This document shows positions 35,211 to 47,260 of a stretch of DNA of 64,000 nucleotides, piece by piece. The stretch lies in contig JBHGNT010000005.1 in NCBI GenBank assembly GCA_043228905.1, positions 20,832,001 to 20,896,000 of the forward strand, read 5' to 3'. Below the pieces are notes generated by a model that had not been told where the DNA came from, ran no database searches, and was given only the letters and a program-made list of their open reading frames with translations. Position numbers and translations under genes: made by a program. Position 1 is the first letter of the stretch; every line of letters begins with the position of its first letter. The stretch comes from Azolla caroliniana (Eukaryota > Plantae > Polypodiophyta).

Positions 35211-36246
35211 GAGTGGGAAAAGGGAGTGTCATAATTCCAATCGACAAGCACACACAATGAAATGAAGTTGTTTTCTTTCTCCCTTAATTTTTGTTGATTA
35301 TAAATATGGGAATGCAAACATAAAAACTCCCTATTGCATTTAGGGAATGTCAGTCTTGCAAATGGAATGACAATGCCAATATCAAAAGTTTCAGCATCGT
35401 CATAGTGGACTCATGGGACCATCAAGTTTACAACAAAACTTGGTACCAAGTGAAAATAAGTTACCGCGATGCACATGGAAGCAAAAAGCAATCAACACTG
35501 GTGGATATTTGGAGTACATTTCATTGAAACTACATCAAAATCAAATCACCCATCGATATCATTGATTGTTGTCCTACTTCCACCCACACATACTCTAGAC
35601 ATAGCTCTAAGAAGAAGGTGGGAAGGTTTACACGTATATGTGAGCAATGCTTGAAATCTATGGAGAAGAGGACTCTTCCATAAATGATAGACGTATGGCA
35701 TTGGTGTCGGTTTAGATCAACATTCTCTCAATCTTCCTCCTTCACTTTCTCTGTGTCTTTTGTGTTTTGATCTCTCTCACACACTCTTTGATTTTTAATA
35801 CATGTTTATTCACTAAGTTTTTCTTTATCTTTGTTTTCTCTATTGTTTTTTTAAAACTTAAACCTTTTGATTTTTGTTTTTTTTTTCATGTTTGCACTTC
35901 ACCTAGGCATATAAAGAATAAAGTAAAAGTATTGTTAAATTCACACAAATCTCTCTCTCTCTAGTGGCTACCGATGGTACAATCACATCATTGAATCAAT
36001 CACGAATGAATAAAGATTATGGGAAATCATAACAATGGGTTTTAACGTCCTAAGTCCTTATGGGATTGCCCCAAGCCATAGGATATATGTTTTCCCACTT
36101 ATCCGTCCTTTAAACCATTTATACAAAAATCAACGTCTTAGAATTCATCCCTCACATTATGCCCATAACCATGAATATGTTTGCTTCTGTTGTGGTTTAG
36201 GTTTAAGATTTATTGTTAGCATATGAAGAGAAGATTGTTTAAGCGA

Positions 36247-37364
36247 GTAATTGCAAGATCTGGGAAAAAATGGTTCTTGGATCCACCCTTTCAAGAATGC
36301 TTACGGTGCTGTTCATTGTGGGTTTTTCAAAAAAAGCCGCTTTATAAATTGGATTGGGATCCAATTGATTATCAATGGAAAAAACCGAATGCTAGTGGAA
36401 ATGGTAAACACTTGGAGTTTTTCCAGTATTTAGTTAAGCTAGGTAGAATTTTATTATTGCAATCAAAGTATAAATGCCCTCCTAGCATGAAGCATTGGAC
36501 TGCAAATAATGTGAATGCATTGCAACTTACAAAAATTTGGAAATGGTTGTGGAGTATGCAGTTGCCGAAAAAAGTGATTTGTTTTCATTGGTTGTTGATG
36601 CATTATGCTCTTCCTGTTGGTGATTGGTTTAGGCAAAATCAGCATTGTGGTGCATCGACGGAATCTATTTTGCATTTGTTTTGGTTATGTCCCAAAATCA
36701 AGCAATTCTGGAGTAAGTTGATTTTATTACTGAGACACCATTATACTCGTTCTATCTTCTCGTGGGGTGCAGTATTATGGGGTGTCCTTCATGGAGATGT
36801 TATGAAGTATGAAAGTATGCATGCTTCTCATGTTTTTCACTTTTCCAATGGGTACATTTATCTCACTTCATTTCCATTTTTATTCCACGGTTTAGAACTG
36901 AAAATTTGGTTATTTGGCATACTATTTTGTCATTAGCTCTTTGGACAATATGGAAAATGAGATGTGAGGTTGTTTTTAATAATGCTCAAATACATCTCAG
37001 TACTATGCTTATTGAATTCTGGTTGATATTTGTCCATACCATACGTGGACAATATGATGATCTGCAGGGTTCAACTGATGCTCAAAGGCAACGTCGAGTG
37101 GACTTTAAGAAACGGTGGCGAGGGCTTCACTTATTTTTAGATACGACTTCTGGTATGAAGTGGAATTATGCCACACCTTCTTTTTTATTGCATAACTTGT
37201 AGATTGTGCTCCATTTGTTCCTTATATGATATCATCTGTTTGATCAGATGTTGGTATTAGCTTTTGTATTACAATAGAGGTGAGATGAAATGTCTCCTTC
37301 TGTTTTCTATATGTACATTTCTCAAGTAATATACTAAGGTGTATCTTTCTTTAAAAAAAAGAAA
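36247..37364 (+). mobile_element. 5'-truncated LINE (L1-type) 3' end with zf-RVT domain
   Basis: WKWLWSMQLPKKV..FHWLLMH..LPVG, CG..ESILHLFWLCP, LWTIWKMRC..VFN; A-rich tail; 16-bp TSD AAGATTGTTTAAGCGA (36231-36246, 37365-37380). Confidence 0.9.
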
Positions 37365-37694
37365 AAGATTGTTTAAGCGAACAAGAGGCAATCACCACTT
37401 TTGTCTTATGCATGTAACACTCTTATTTTCCACAACAAATCAATTTCATACTCTTCGATTGGTGAGGTGGACCACACATACAATGCAATGCCCAATATTG
37501 GTTTCAATGCATATTTACCCATTTCAAGCATTTGGTCCTTAAGTTCCTTATGCATCCTTTGTGCTTGTCTTAAGTTATGATTCAACTTGGCAATCCAAGA
37601 GCATATATTTACATGCATGTTTGTGCAAGTTTTATAATATCACTTCTTTAGATATGCCATAAGAACGGGCTTTTGATCACAAGAAGGTAGTTGT

Positions 37695-37850
37695 GGGTGT
37701 GTGAAATCTATCGACTACAGAGATCAAACATGAACAATGATACCACATTTTCACATAGTACATGTGAAAGCGAGCTGCGAATCACGAGTCTCAATGTTCA
37801 AGAACGTTATTGATGAATGTCGCAATCGAGAGTGCACATCCGATGATTGA
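37695..37850 (+). repeat. Dispersed short repeat, copy 1
   Basis: CATTTTCAC..GTGAAAG..TTCAAGAAC..TGAATG..CAATC.AGA shared with 43680-43825 and 57585-57695. Confidence 0.65.
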
Positions 37851-38602
37851 AAGGATTGGGTTTACTCTCTCTCTCTCTCTCTCTCAAGAGAGAGAGACGG
37901 ATGAATGGATAGAAGATTGTTGGAATATTCATCATGATCATGATCATTAACAAAAACCGAAGTCCAAGTAGGTATGACGACGACTGTTATCGATCGCTGG
38001 CTAGTCAGTTCAATGCCCAAAAACGACAGGACAGAGAGCGCAAGCTGTCTAGGGATGATGACTCCATGCCCATTTGATGACCGCCCTAAACTCCCCGTCT
38101 GTCTCCGTCTCCGTCTCTCTCAAGACGGACGAACAGACGAATGCCGGAATATTCATCACGATCACGATCATTAGCAGAAAACGGAGGCCTATATCAATCG
38201 TTGGCTGGTCAGTTTGATGCCTGAAAATGGCAGGCAGGGCGCAGATCGTGTGGGATGATGAGGTCCATGCCCATGATATGTCTGCCCTAATCTCTCTCTC
38301 TCTCTCTCAAAAGACCGATTGACACGGGCGGGCGGGCCACCGGAATATATTCATGAATCATGGATGATGATCATGGATGATGATGATGTGTGGGCCGTTG
38401 GGTTTTTCCGGTGGCTGGGATCTTCTTCTCTTTCTTCTCTTTCTCTTTCTTCTTCTTCTTCTTCTGCTTCTTCTGCGTTTCCATCCTTCTTCCTTCCATG
38501 GCTGCCCCCTTTTTCTAACCTACGACCTCCACATCTGTCCGTTCTCTGCGAAGAAAAGAAGAAAGCTTCGAAGAGCAGCAGCAGCAGGAGGAGGAACAGC
38601 TT

Positions 38603-38671
38603 GAAGAAGAAGAAGAAGAAGAAGAAGAAGAAGAAGAAGAAGAAGAAGAAGAAGAAGAAGAAGAAGAAGAA
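38603..38671 (+). repeat. (GAA)23 microsatellite followed by a 90-bp tandem duplication (38660-38839)
   Basis: Direct reading of the sequence. Confidence 0.95.
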
Positions 38672-38969
38672 ACATCTTGAAGAAGGAAGTTGAAGCAGAC
38701 GACGAAGAACAAAAATAGCTTGAGCAACAAGTTGAAGAAGCTTCAAGGTGAAGAAGAAGAAACATCTTGAAGAAGGAAGTTGGAGCAGAAGACGAAGAAC
38801 AAAAATAGCTTGAGCAACAAGTTGAAGAAGCTTCAAGGTGAAGAAGAGAGAAGAAAGAAGAGTAGAAGAAAGAAGAGTAGAAGAGAGAAGAAGGAAGAAA
38901 GAAGAATATACAGCTTGAAGAACAAGTAGTAGAAGAAAGAGGGAGGTCACCATTTCGATCTTCCAGTGC

Positions 38970-41139
38970 ATGATCATGCAAAATGAACAGACTTATGGTG
39001 TAGATCTCAGTGATCTACGAGTAGAGATCAGAAGCAAGAAGCATGGCGATGGTGAGGATGCACCCTTACAATGGGGCCAGTTTAAAAAATCTAGGTTTCC
39101 TTGTAATGCACCACAGGCCGTGAAAGCTTCGCACAGACAACCAAAGAGAAGAAGCAGGTGCGAGATTTCTATATGTGGAGTGTAGTATCATCTATATTCC
39201 TGCATTTGCTCCCATCTTTTCCGTAATATCTGGTCTGATATCCATATTTCTTATCAACAGTCTGCCTCTTGCATGTTTTTGATGCACACGACCATATATC
39301 TCAGAAATTTCTTCTGACGTTTTGGTCATGAATTTTATTCGGTATCAACGTTTCTGCATCTCTTGCATACCTATTCGTTGTTGATAGCGTGTATCTGAAA
39401 CATATTCATCATGGTTTTTATTTCCTTTTTCTTTGATAGTCTGGCTATCTATCTATTTTCCCTGTATTTCCTGTACTTAGTTCCTGATGTATTTGGAGGC
39501 GCGTAAATTGAAAAACTTAATTAATCAGAATGATATTTCAATTTTCGTTGATACTTTGGTCATGCATTGTTTTGATGTCTGCTATCTTCTACTGTCGTCT
39601 CTGTGGTATCCTGTTTTCTCCTCACGCCTTTCCAGTAGTCTTTTTTTTAAGGCGTTCAATAGGGACAGTATTTCCCTTTTCTTTGACAGTTTGGTCATGC
39701 ATGTAGTTAGTTTCTTGGTGTGAGAATATTTTATCTTTCCTTTGGTGTCACGGTTCACAAACATACCTTAGTATTCTTTTAGTTCCTCACTTTTGCTTCC
39801 CATTAGATGTTTACTTGAATGCCTATTCCTGTGAATGGTTGCATCTGGATATATCATGGAATGCATGTTTAGCAGCAATTTTGTAAATGTTTCCTGTCTT
39901 TCCTCAATTTGATGTTTTGTGTCAACTGATTGATTTCTGTGAGTGTTTTCTCTGGATATCATCATTAAATGCATCGTTTTCTGAAGTTTTATGGAGATTC
40001 TTACCGTATGTTTTTTTAATATTCTGCTTATAATCTATATGTTTTTCAATTGCAAGCAAGTTTACTCCATTTCTTGGTAATCCTACATCAATTTGTACTT
40101 TTTAAGCTCTATTTCTGTGTATGTTTTATATGGATGCCAGGGATGATGGAAGGCAATTTTTGCTGAAACTTACTCATTTCTCTCTGATGTGTTTTGGTAT
40201 GCGTACCTGTATATTCTTGCTATGTTTCCCACAGCTGTCTTGAGTAGCATTCTTCTTCACTTGTTGATAAGCTATTATCATAATGCAGATTTTGTACTCT
40301 GGGAGAGATATGGTTTCCATTGAACACTAATTGCTGTATATGCTCTTATTTGAATATTATGTATAGTATATTTTGCACTTGTTTTATAGACATTTCTTCC
40401 AAATTGGTTTTATTAGGTTATCAGGGGATGCACATTTTGTTGAATTTCTGTCAATGTGGTAACTCTTGCTGTGGAGTCTGAGCTATATCTTATGTATGCA
40501 TTTCTTCTCATGGTCTATATATTTTTCTGCAGCTGTATTGACAAGCACTTTCCGTCACTTGTTGATAAACCCGTAAGGAACTGTGTTGCACAGAAAGTAG
40601 ATGCAATGTCTCCTCAAAGGAATGGCAATGCTCGAAGGCGAACTGAACTAGAGTCCTTGCAAGAGAAACCTGTGATTTCAGGACAGATTTCTCTGGGAAT
40701 TTCTAAATGCCCCAGACTGTTGATTCCTCTCTCCCTCAAAGAAAAAGAAGAGGATTTTATGGTTATGAAAGGCTCAAGATTGCCCCAAAGACCAAAGAAA
40801 AGGGCGAAACATGTGGAGAGATTTGTATCGGTAAGGACCAAGTTCTTTCTTTTCAAATGAACTTTAGTTTTTCTGTTTCTTTTTTATAAGAATGTGAATC
40901 CTGTCTTTTATTTCAGTACATAAGTCCTGGAGCATGGCATTTTGACTTGACGGTAGATCGATACAAAGTCAAAGGAGAGAAGCAATGTCTGAAGAAGGTA
41001 TTTGATCTATTACTGTTATGGGAAGCTTTCCTCTTTTCTTCTTTTTGTTGTTGCTGACTGGGCTGCAATTGTGTGTGGTTTGAAGAAATCTACAGGATTG
41101 AGAGCAATGGAAAGTATGGATAGTGATTCTGAGGAGTAA
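38970..41139 (+). CDS. DUF1639 family protein, 4 coding exons (approx. 38970-39157, 40533-40830, 40917-40997, 41086-41139)
   Basis: LQWGQFKKSR; LSLKEKEEDFMVMKGSRLPQRPKKRAK; SPGAW..DLT.DRYKV; C-terminal GLRAMESMDSDSEE*. Confidence 0.88.
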
Positions 41140-43237
41140 TGGTTTTTTGAACATCATGAAATTGCTGATGCTGAGAGGCTTTTCTCGTTGATTTTTTTAC
41201 AACAATGAAAATCTTGACTCAAACTGGAGCTACAGTCTAAACCGAAAGTTTCCAGATCATGAAGTGCTCTGGTTATGCAGAAAATGTTGTTTTGCAGTTT
41301 GAGCAATAGTTAAGCTGAGACAATTCGTTCAACGACCATGTTTGTTCATTCCAGTACCATTCCTTAGAGTGAAAATGGATTCTTGCTTTGTATGGTTGAG
41401 TTCTAATCAACAATCAACCACCCTGTAAATGTTTTATTAATGCAATAGAAAAACTGTCCCTTTATTTGTTTCTTCTCTATCTAAATATGCCTGCAAATTA
41501 TCAGCCTGTATGTATGTACACAGTTACTTTCACTATAAATAGACAAAAGGTAACCTCTTCTTTACAGGCAGACTAATTGCAATATCAGTGTATTATTCAT
41601 GTTGACTCTATGGGGGGTATCAGATCCAATGTTACAGGATTAGAAACAATAAATTAAAAGTTTTGTACTGATTTGGTGCAAGAAACATATGATTGGTCAT
41701 GATAACAGACTGTCTACGTTGCAGTTCCCAGATGCTGAAGACCTACATGGGTATCAGTGTCAATGTTGAAGGAAACAAGTTTTATAAAGTAAATTTTTTG
41801 TATTGTCTATGTGCAACAAACATGATTTTGTCATGATAACTGTATACTTTGCAGTTTCCAGATATGATGAAATGAAGAAAGCTACAGGATCACTCAAGTG
41901 AACTCAATGATGAAATAATTAGGTGTGCAAACCAAAAATTAAGCGCACACCACTCTAATTGCCAAGTTTTCCACATTCTCTAGATTGATCAATCTAGCAA
42001 TGGAATGTCCCGTTTTCCTTTGAAATAGAGCTTTCCACTCCACAGGACATAGATAATATTAAGACATGATTTGCGAAAGCATTATAAGTTATAACAAAAA
42101 ATGTGATTGTTCCATGACATTGCAGGATGTTTAGGTAATGTTGAAGACCGAAATGCATGGTTTCATGGACATGACCACTACCTGAATTCTCCTCCTGGAT
42201 CAAGAATTACAATGCTTCCACTGGGTGGTGGTTAGTGTTATGTTGTCTAGAAGAGTCTGCTCTTGATTTCATCATAGCTTCAACTCCTAACTTAGGTTTT
42301 CCTTCTGAAGATAGGCGCCTTTAATTTTGCAAAATGAAAGGAATTTCATAATTGGACGAGTTTCTCATCTCCAAGAACTCTATTTCTTTTCCATCTATTA
42401 AGGAGGTCAAATACCTACTCAATTAACATATATATCTATTAATCAGTACTAAGTTTACTGAACTTGATAATTTGCATCAAATCCCCAAACTGGATATAAA
42501 TTGACAGTTCCTGGGGTTCCCAGGTTTGCATCTCTGCTGATTCACGAGAAACTGTTCATATTTGCGATTGTAAATTACTCAAGTTTTCCCTAAACATTGG
42601 CTTACATGCCATTGAGGGGCAACGGAATAAAAGGTTACAAGGATTATGGGTTGAACGAATGCATCTAGAGGGGAAATATAACATAATGACTTCTTTCATG
42701 TGGTTTTTTATTTCTTGGAGAGCATTTGTAGGCAACATGAGAATAAATCACACTTCTGCTAGCAAGATTGAAGGTATATTCTACACTTCTTGGTCTAGTC
42801 TACTCAACTTTTGGGTATCAATGATCATATCTCACCCCTTATGTTTCAATCATCTAACTTGTATTTTTGTGACCTCTAAATCCCACAAGCTCTAGACTAT
42901 AAAGAGAAACCCATTCCAACAGTTCCAATACAAAAAGAACACAAAACTTTAATACCTTTGTTATAACTTCAGGATTTTTTTCGCTATCTTCGATATACTC
43001 GTTACAATAAAGAAATTAAATAACATTATACATGATTAGGTAATAGACATGGCAGGGCAAGACAGATATTACATTTGCATATATCCAAGGGACCATTCTA
43101 CATCTAGGATTCACTTTTTAGCACAAAATAGGGCTATGATCATGCCTCAATGATATATTCACATGTTGATACAACTCCAACTCCATGTCAACAACTTGAG
43201 GTCTTGTTTTATCCATTGACAAAGCAACCGGAGGATC

Positions 43238-43894
43238 TTAATTGGCATTTGCACTTGGTACAGCTTCTTTAGGTGTCTGTCACAAACAAAAGATTAGAAG
43301 ACCTTTTAAAGAACTTCAAAAACATACTCAAAATTTAAGTCTTAAGATTAGTGTTTGATTAACAACGAAGGAACATGTTCGGAAAAAAGAAGAGAAGAAA
43401 GAGCATTACTTTTGGCCCATCTACTTTATCTGAAGGTGTACTTTCAAGAATAATCAGCCGTGACTCGAGCTCGAACTTTAGCATGGATTTACATCTGCAG
43501 AACGATACAGTCAAAGATATCACCTGGTTAACAAAAACAGAGGCAAGATGATAGATCCTAATAAAATTTCATTATTCTCACAAATTTTCCATTATCCATG
43601 CATGAAAAGTTGATTAGTGAAGAAACATTGTTTGAATGATTGATATGGAGTTTGAATAAAGTGGGTATCCTAGAGAGAGATTTTATCATTGTCTTACGAG
43701 GTCGAATATGTGCCATGAGACAAAAAATACAACATTTCTCGTAATACATGAGAAAGTGCGTAGTAACTCTTGATATTCAAGAACTTTACTACTGAATGCC
43801 ACAATCAAGAAAGCACACTGAGATAGAATATACATACATACATACATACATACATACATACATACATACATACATACATACATACATACATACA

Positions 43895-43926
<32 letters not shown>

Positions 43927-43934
43927 CATACGTG

Positions 43935-44000
<66 letters not shown>

Positions 44001-46592
44001 TTTATGCCCAGATGGGTAGATGGAATAACTTTGTGATTTTTCACCACTTGAGGGTTGATTTTTATTATTTAGAATCACCATTTTGGCATTACTGAGTGAT
44101 TACATCGATTTGAAAACGACCTCGACAAACTAACACTTGAATTCAACATTAAGAAACCCCTAGAAACAAATGCGATAAACAGATACAAAGAGGCACCATT
44201 GTCACAAAATCGATGACAATGGAAAAAGAGAAAACAATTCAGACACTTGTTCAAGAAGGCCTAAACAAAATTAAAACCCAAATGGGATGTTATATCGAAC
44301 CCTTCCTCTCCAAAAGAGAAAACCAAAACAAACCTACCATTCCTCTAAAAAATGTGGAGGCTGCCATTACTATACTTCAACACCCTTTTAAGTAGACAAA
44401 CACCCTCCCAAATAGAAAGTAGAAACATCAACCTCTCCCTACACAACCTTAGCTTCCCACCCACTACCCCCTTCTCAACTAAAACTCCTTAGTCGAGGAC
44501 AGAATATGGAATGGGTTCCTCAACACCCTCAAAGCCTTCTTACAAAACTATGGGGCACCACTCCAACAACACATTCAAATCAAATCAACTATCTCCCAAA
44601 AAGAAGCAACTCTTAAGTTTCTCCTACATGCCCTAAACCCTAATCCCAAATCTTCTCACCATCCTCAACTCTACAACCCTGATACCCATAAAACTTTAAA
44701 ACCCTCATATGCTTCTTAACCATTTCTTCTTCCTCTCCACTTGCATTTAGTTTAGGCTCATTGGAGTTCTAAGTTTAAAGCATTCTCTCCTCTCTCTCTC
44801 AAGTTTTTAAATAAACTTCGTATCTACGCACCCTAGTTACTTGGGGTAGCTTAGAACCCCTTTCTATTGGTGATGTGTTGCACGTCCATTAAAGATTAAT
44901 ATAGAATTACATCCTGACTTGCCAACTAAGAACATTCTTCTCATCAACTTGAGTAGTCAATCCCATAATCCATTACCCTACTTCCCTCTTTCCTAAATAC
45001 ATTTTTTCCTACTCATCTCCGGTTTCCTACATTGACACCTAATCAACTCATATGATTGGTTGCACAAAAGCTACTCCTCATTTGCAGTGTTATCACAAAA
45101 TGTGCACTCTAAGAATACATGTGGGAATAAACCGACATTTGGGGTTGATCATTGATTATATCTAACAGTTCCTTCAATCCCCAAATATTCATAAATTTTT
45201 TAACTGTCAAGGTGCAGTTAGTTTCCGCTTATCGAACTTACCCTAATTTGGTTTGATTCATTCTACTTTGCATGTGGGAAGACGAGCTTGATTAAACAGA
45301 ATAGACGATGGATTTGTTTTGTCATTTGTGATTTGGACCAAGAAACATATACTCAAACAATTGTATGTGAGTGGGTAAGTTCAACCAGCCAAGACCAGAA
45401 GGCCATGTGTTCAGCATCTACATTCGGTAGCATCTAGAAACTGGGCTTACCACTGAAGCACAGATCTCATACAAGAGAGGGAGAGAGAAAAAGCTGTAAT
45501 ATAGTTTTCATGAGGTTAGATAAGCACTGATGTAGGAATAAACAATTTTTTTAAATGTAGCCTTTAAATTAGGGGTAATATCGATTATTGCAACCCTGGT
45601 ATTTTCCATCATATAATGACATCCATTTTGGGGAGATACAGAGAAACTTACTGTTCACATTTGACAAGATTGGAATCACCTCCACTTGGTATTGATAGAA
45701 TTGTTCCAAAAAAGGAGCTGTTTGTTGCTCCACAATTAGGGCAAGGACCCTGCACACAGTGAGGTCACTGAAATTTCTTAAAATATGAACATAATGAAAG
45801 AAAAATCATCAATCTAGCATATTTCGAACTTTGAATTAGTAATTTTCCCTAGTATAAATGTACACTAACTCACCTTGAGTATAAGGAAATCTTTCAATAT
45901 GACATTAGTCAGGAACTGGGCAGTAAAGAATGTTGCTGGAAGCACCACGAACCATGTGAAGATGAAGCTGTAAGGTTCTGGCAACTGCACACAGCATAAA
46001 GGCAAGATTTGTAAAAGTAAGATTTGTCATGTATATTCAGGAATTTGATGTGAATTTATTTACTATTCTTTCAAAGAGAGACCGATAAATAAATATACTA
46101 TAAACATTTATAGGAGACCAAATATGATTATGTATGGACCAGGGACCAGCCCATGGGTGAGGATCAAACTTGAATTCTCTCACATTTATAACTCTGATTG
46201 AGGCGCAAATTTATGAGTTTGATTGCAATAATGTAAACCACCAAACCAACAGCCAGAGAGGAGTGTTCTCTAGGTATCCAAACACAGAAGATATATTTTC
46301 AACGTCTCTTAAGATGCCAGAATAGCTTATGAACTGAACAAGATGGAGGAAGAAAGAGACCAAGACAAAAAGATGGCTTATGACACCCAACAAGAGGTCA
46401 CAATTCAACATATGTTTGTCTCTGCCTATTAAGAATAATAAAGAAACTGAAACTCAAATGAAGTAAAGTACTTAAAAGTCTACGTACTAAAGCCTCATCT
46501 TCAACTACAGTTAAGAAGAGTTAACCAGAAAGGTAATGTTCAATAAAACTGAAGTCTGAAATCCAGAGAGGCATTATCTGCTCAGTGAAATG

Positions 46593-46643
<51 letters not shown>

Positions 46644-47212
46644 CATAACAGTTGTAGCTTAGATCATAATGTTGTCTGTCAGAGACCACAAGGTCATGTG
46701 TTCAACCCCTACATTCTGCAGTGGCATCTAGTAAACTAGTGCATATAGTGAGATTTGAACCCCAGACATGAGATGGTAAAATACTTTTGTTAAACAGGGT
46801 ACAGCCCTTATACAGAAAAAGAGAAAGTGCAAGCAAGGTAACAAAAAAAACTCTATTCACATGAATTACTCAATGAAACATCAATAACAAATATGTTCTC
46901 ACCTCTAACAAATATGTTATCTCAAATCCTGTCAGGTCATCAAGGAAAAATACCCTGTTGTAGGCATCATAACCATTAATCAGTATTTGAGACTCTCTCT
47001 CTCTCTCACACACACACTAATAACAAGAAGCACGTCTTTCATGAATCACGTAAATGCTATGAAAACTTACAAGAAAAGAGCTATAACGGCAGCAGGCACA
47101 TTGAGCAACAACATCTTCAGGTAGTCCACAGTAGAATCACTATAGACCTGTTAAAATAGTGCATTGTCATTATTAACACATAGCGCACGCACTTTGAGTG
47201 AGTGAGTGAGTG

Positions 47213-47260
<48 letters not shown>

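Noticed and set aside
38319-38981. ORFs with poly-K, poly-F, poly-L or poly-S
   Set aside because: Translations of the (GAA)n tract and the 90-bp duplication; the credible gene starts at ~38970.
43686-44095. ORFs with (CMYV)n or (HTYI)n repeats
   Set aside because: Compound microsatellite in a PGRL1 intron.
44130-44860. Possible LINE ORF1 relic in a PGRL1 intron
   Set aside because: Only A/C-rich composition supports it; no diagnostic motif or TSD found.
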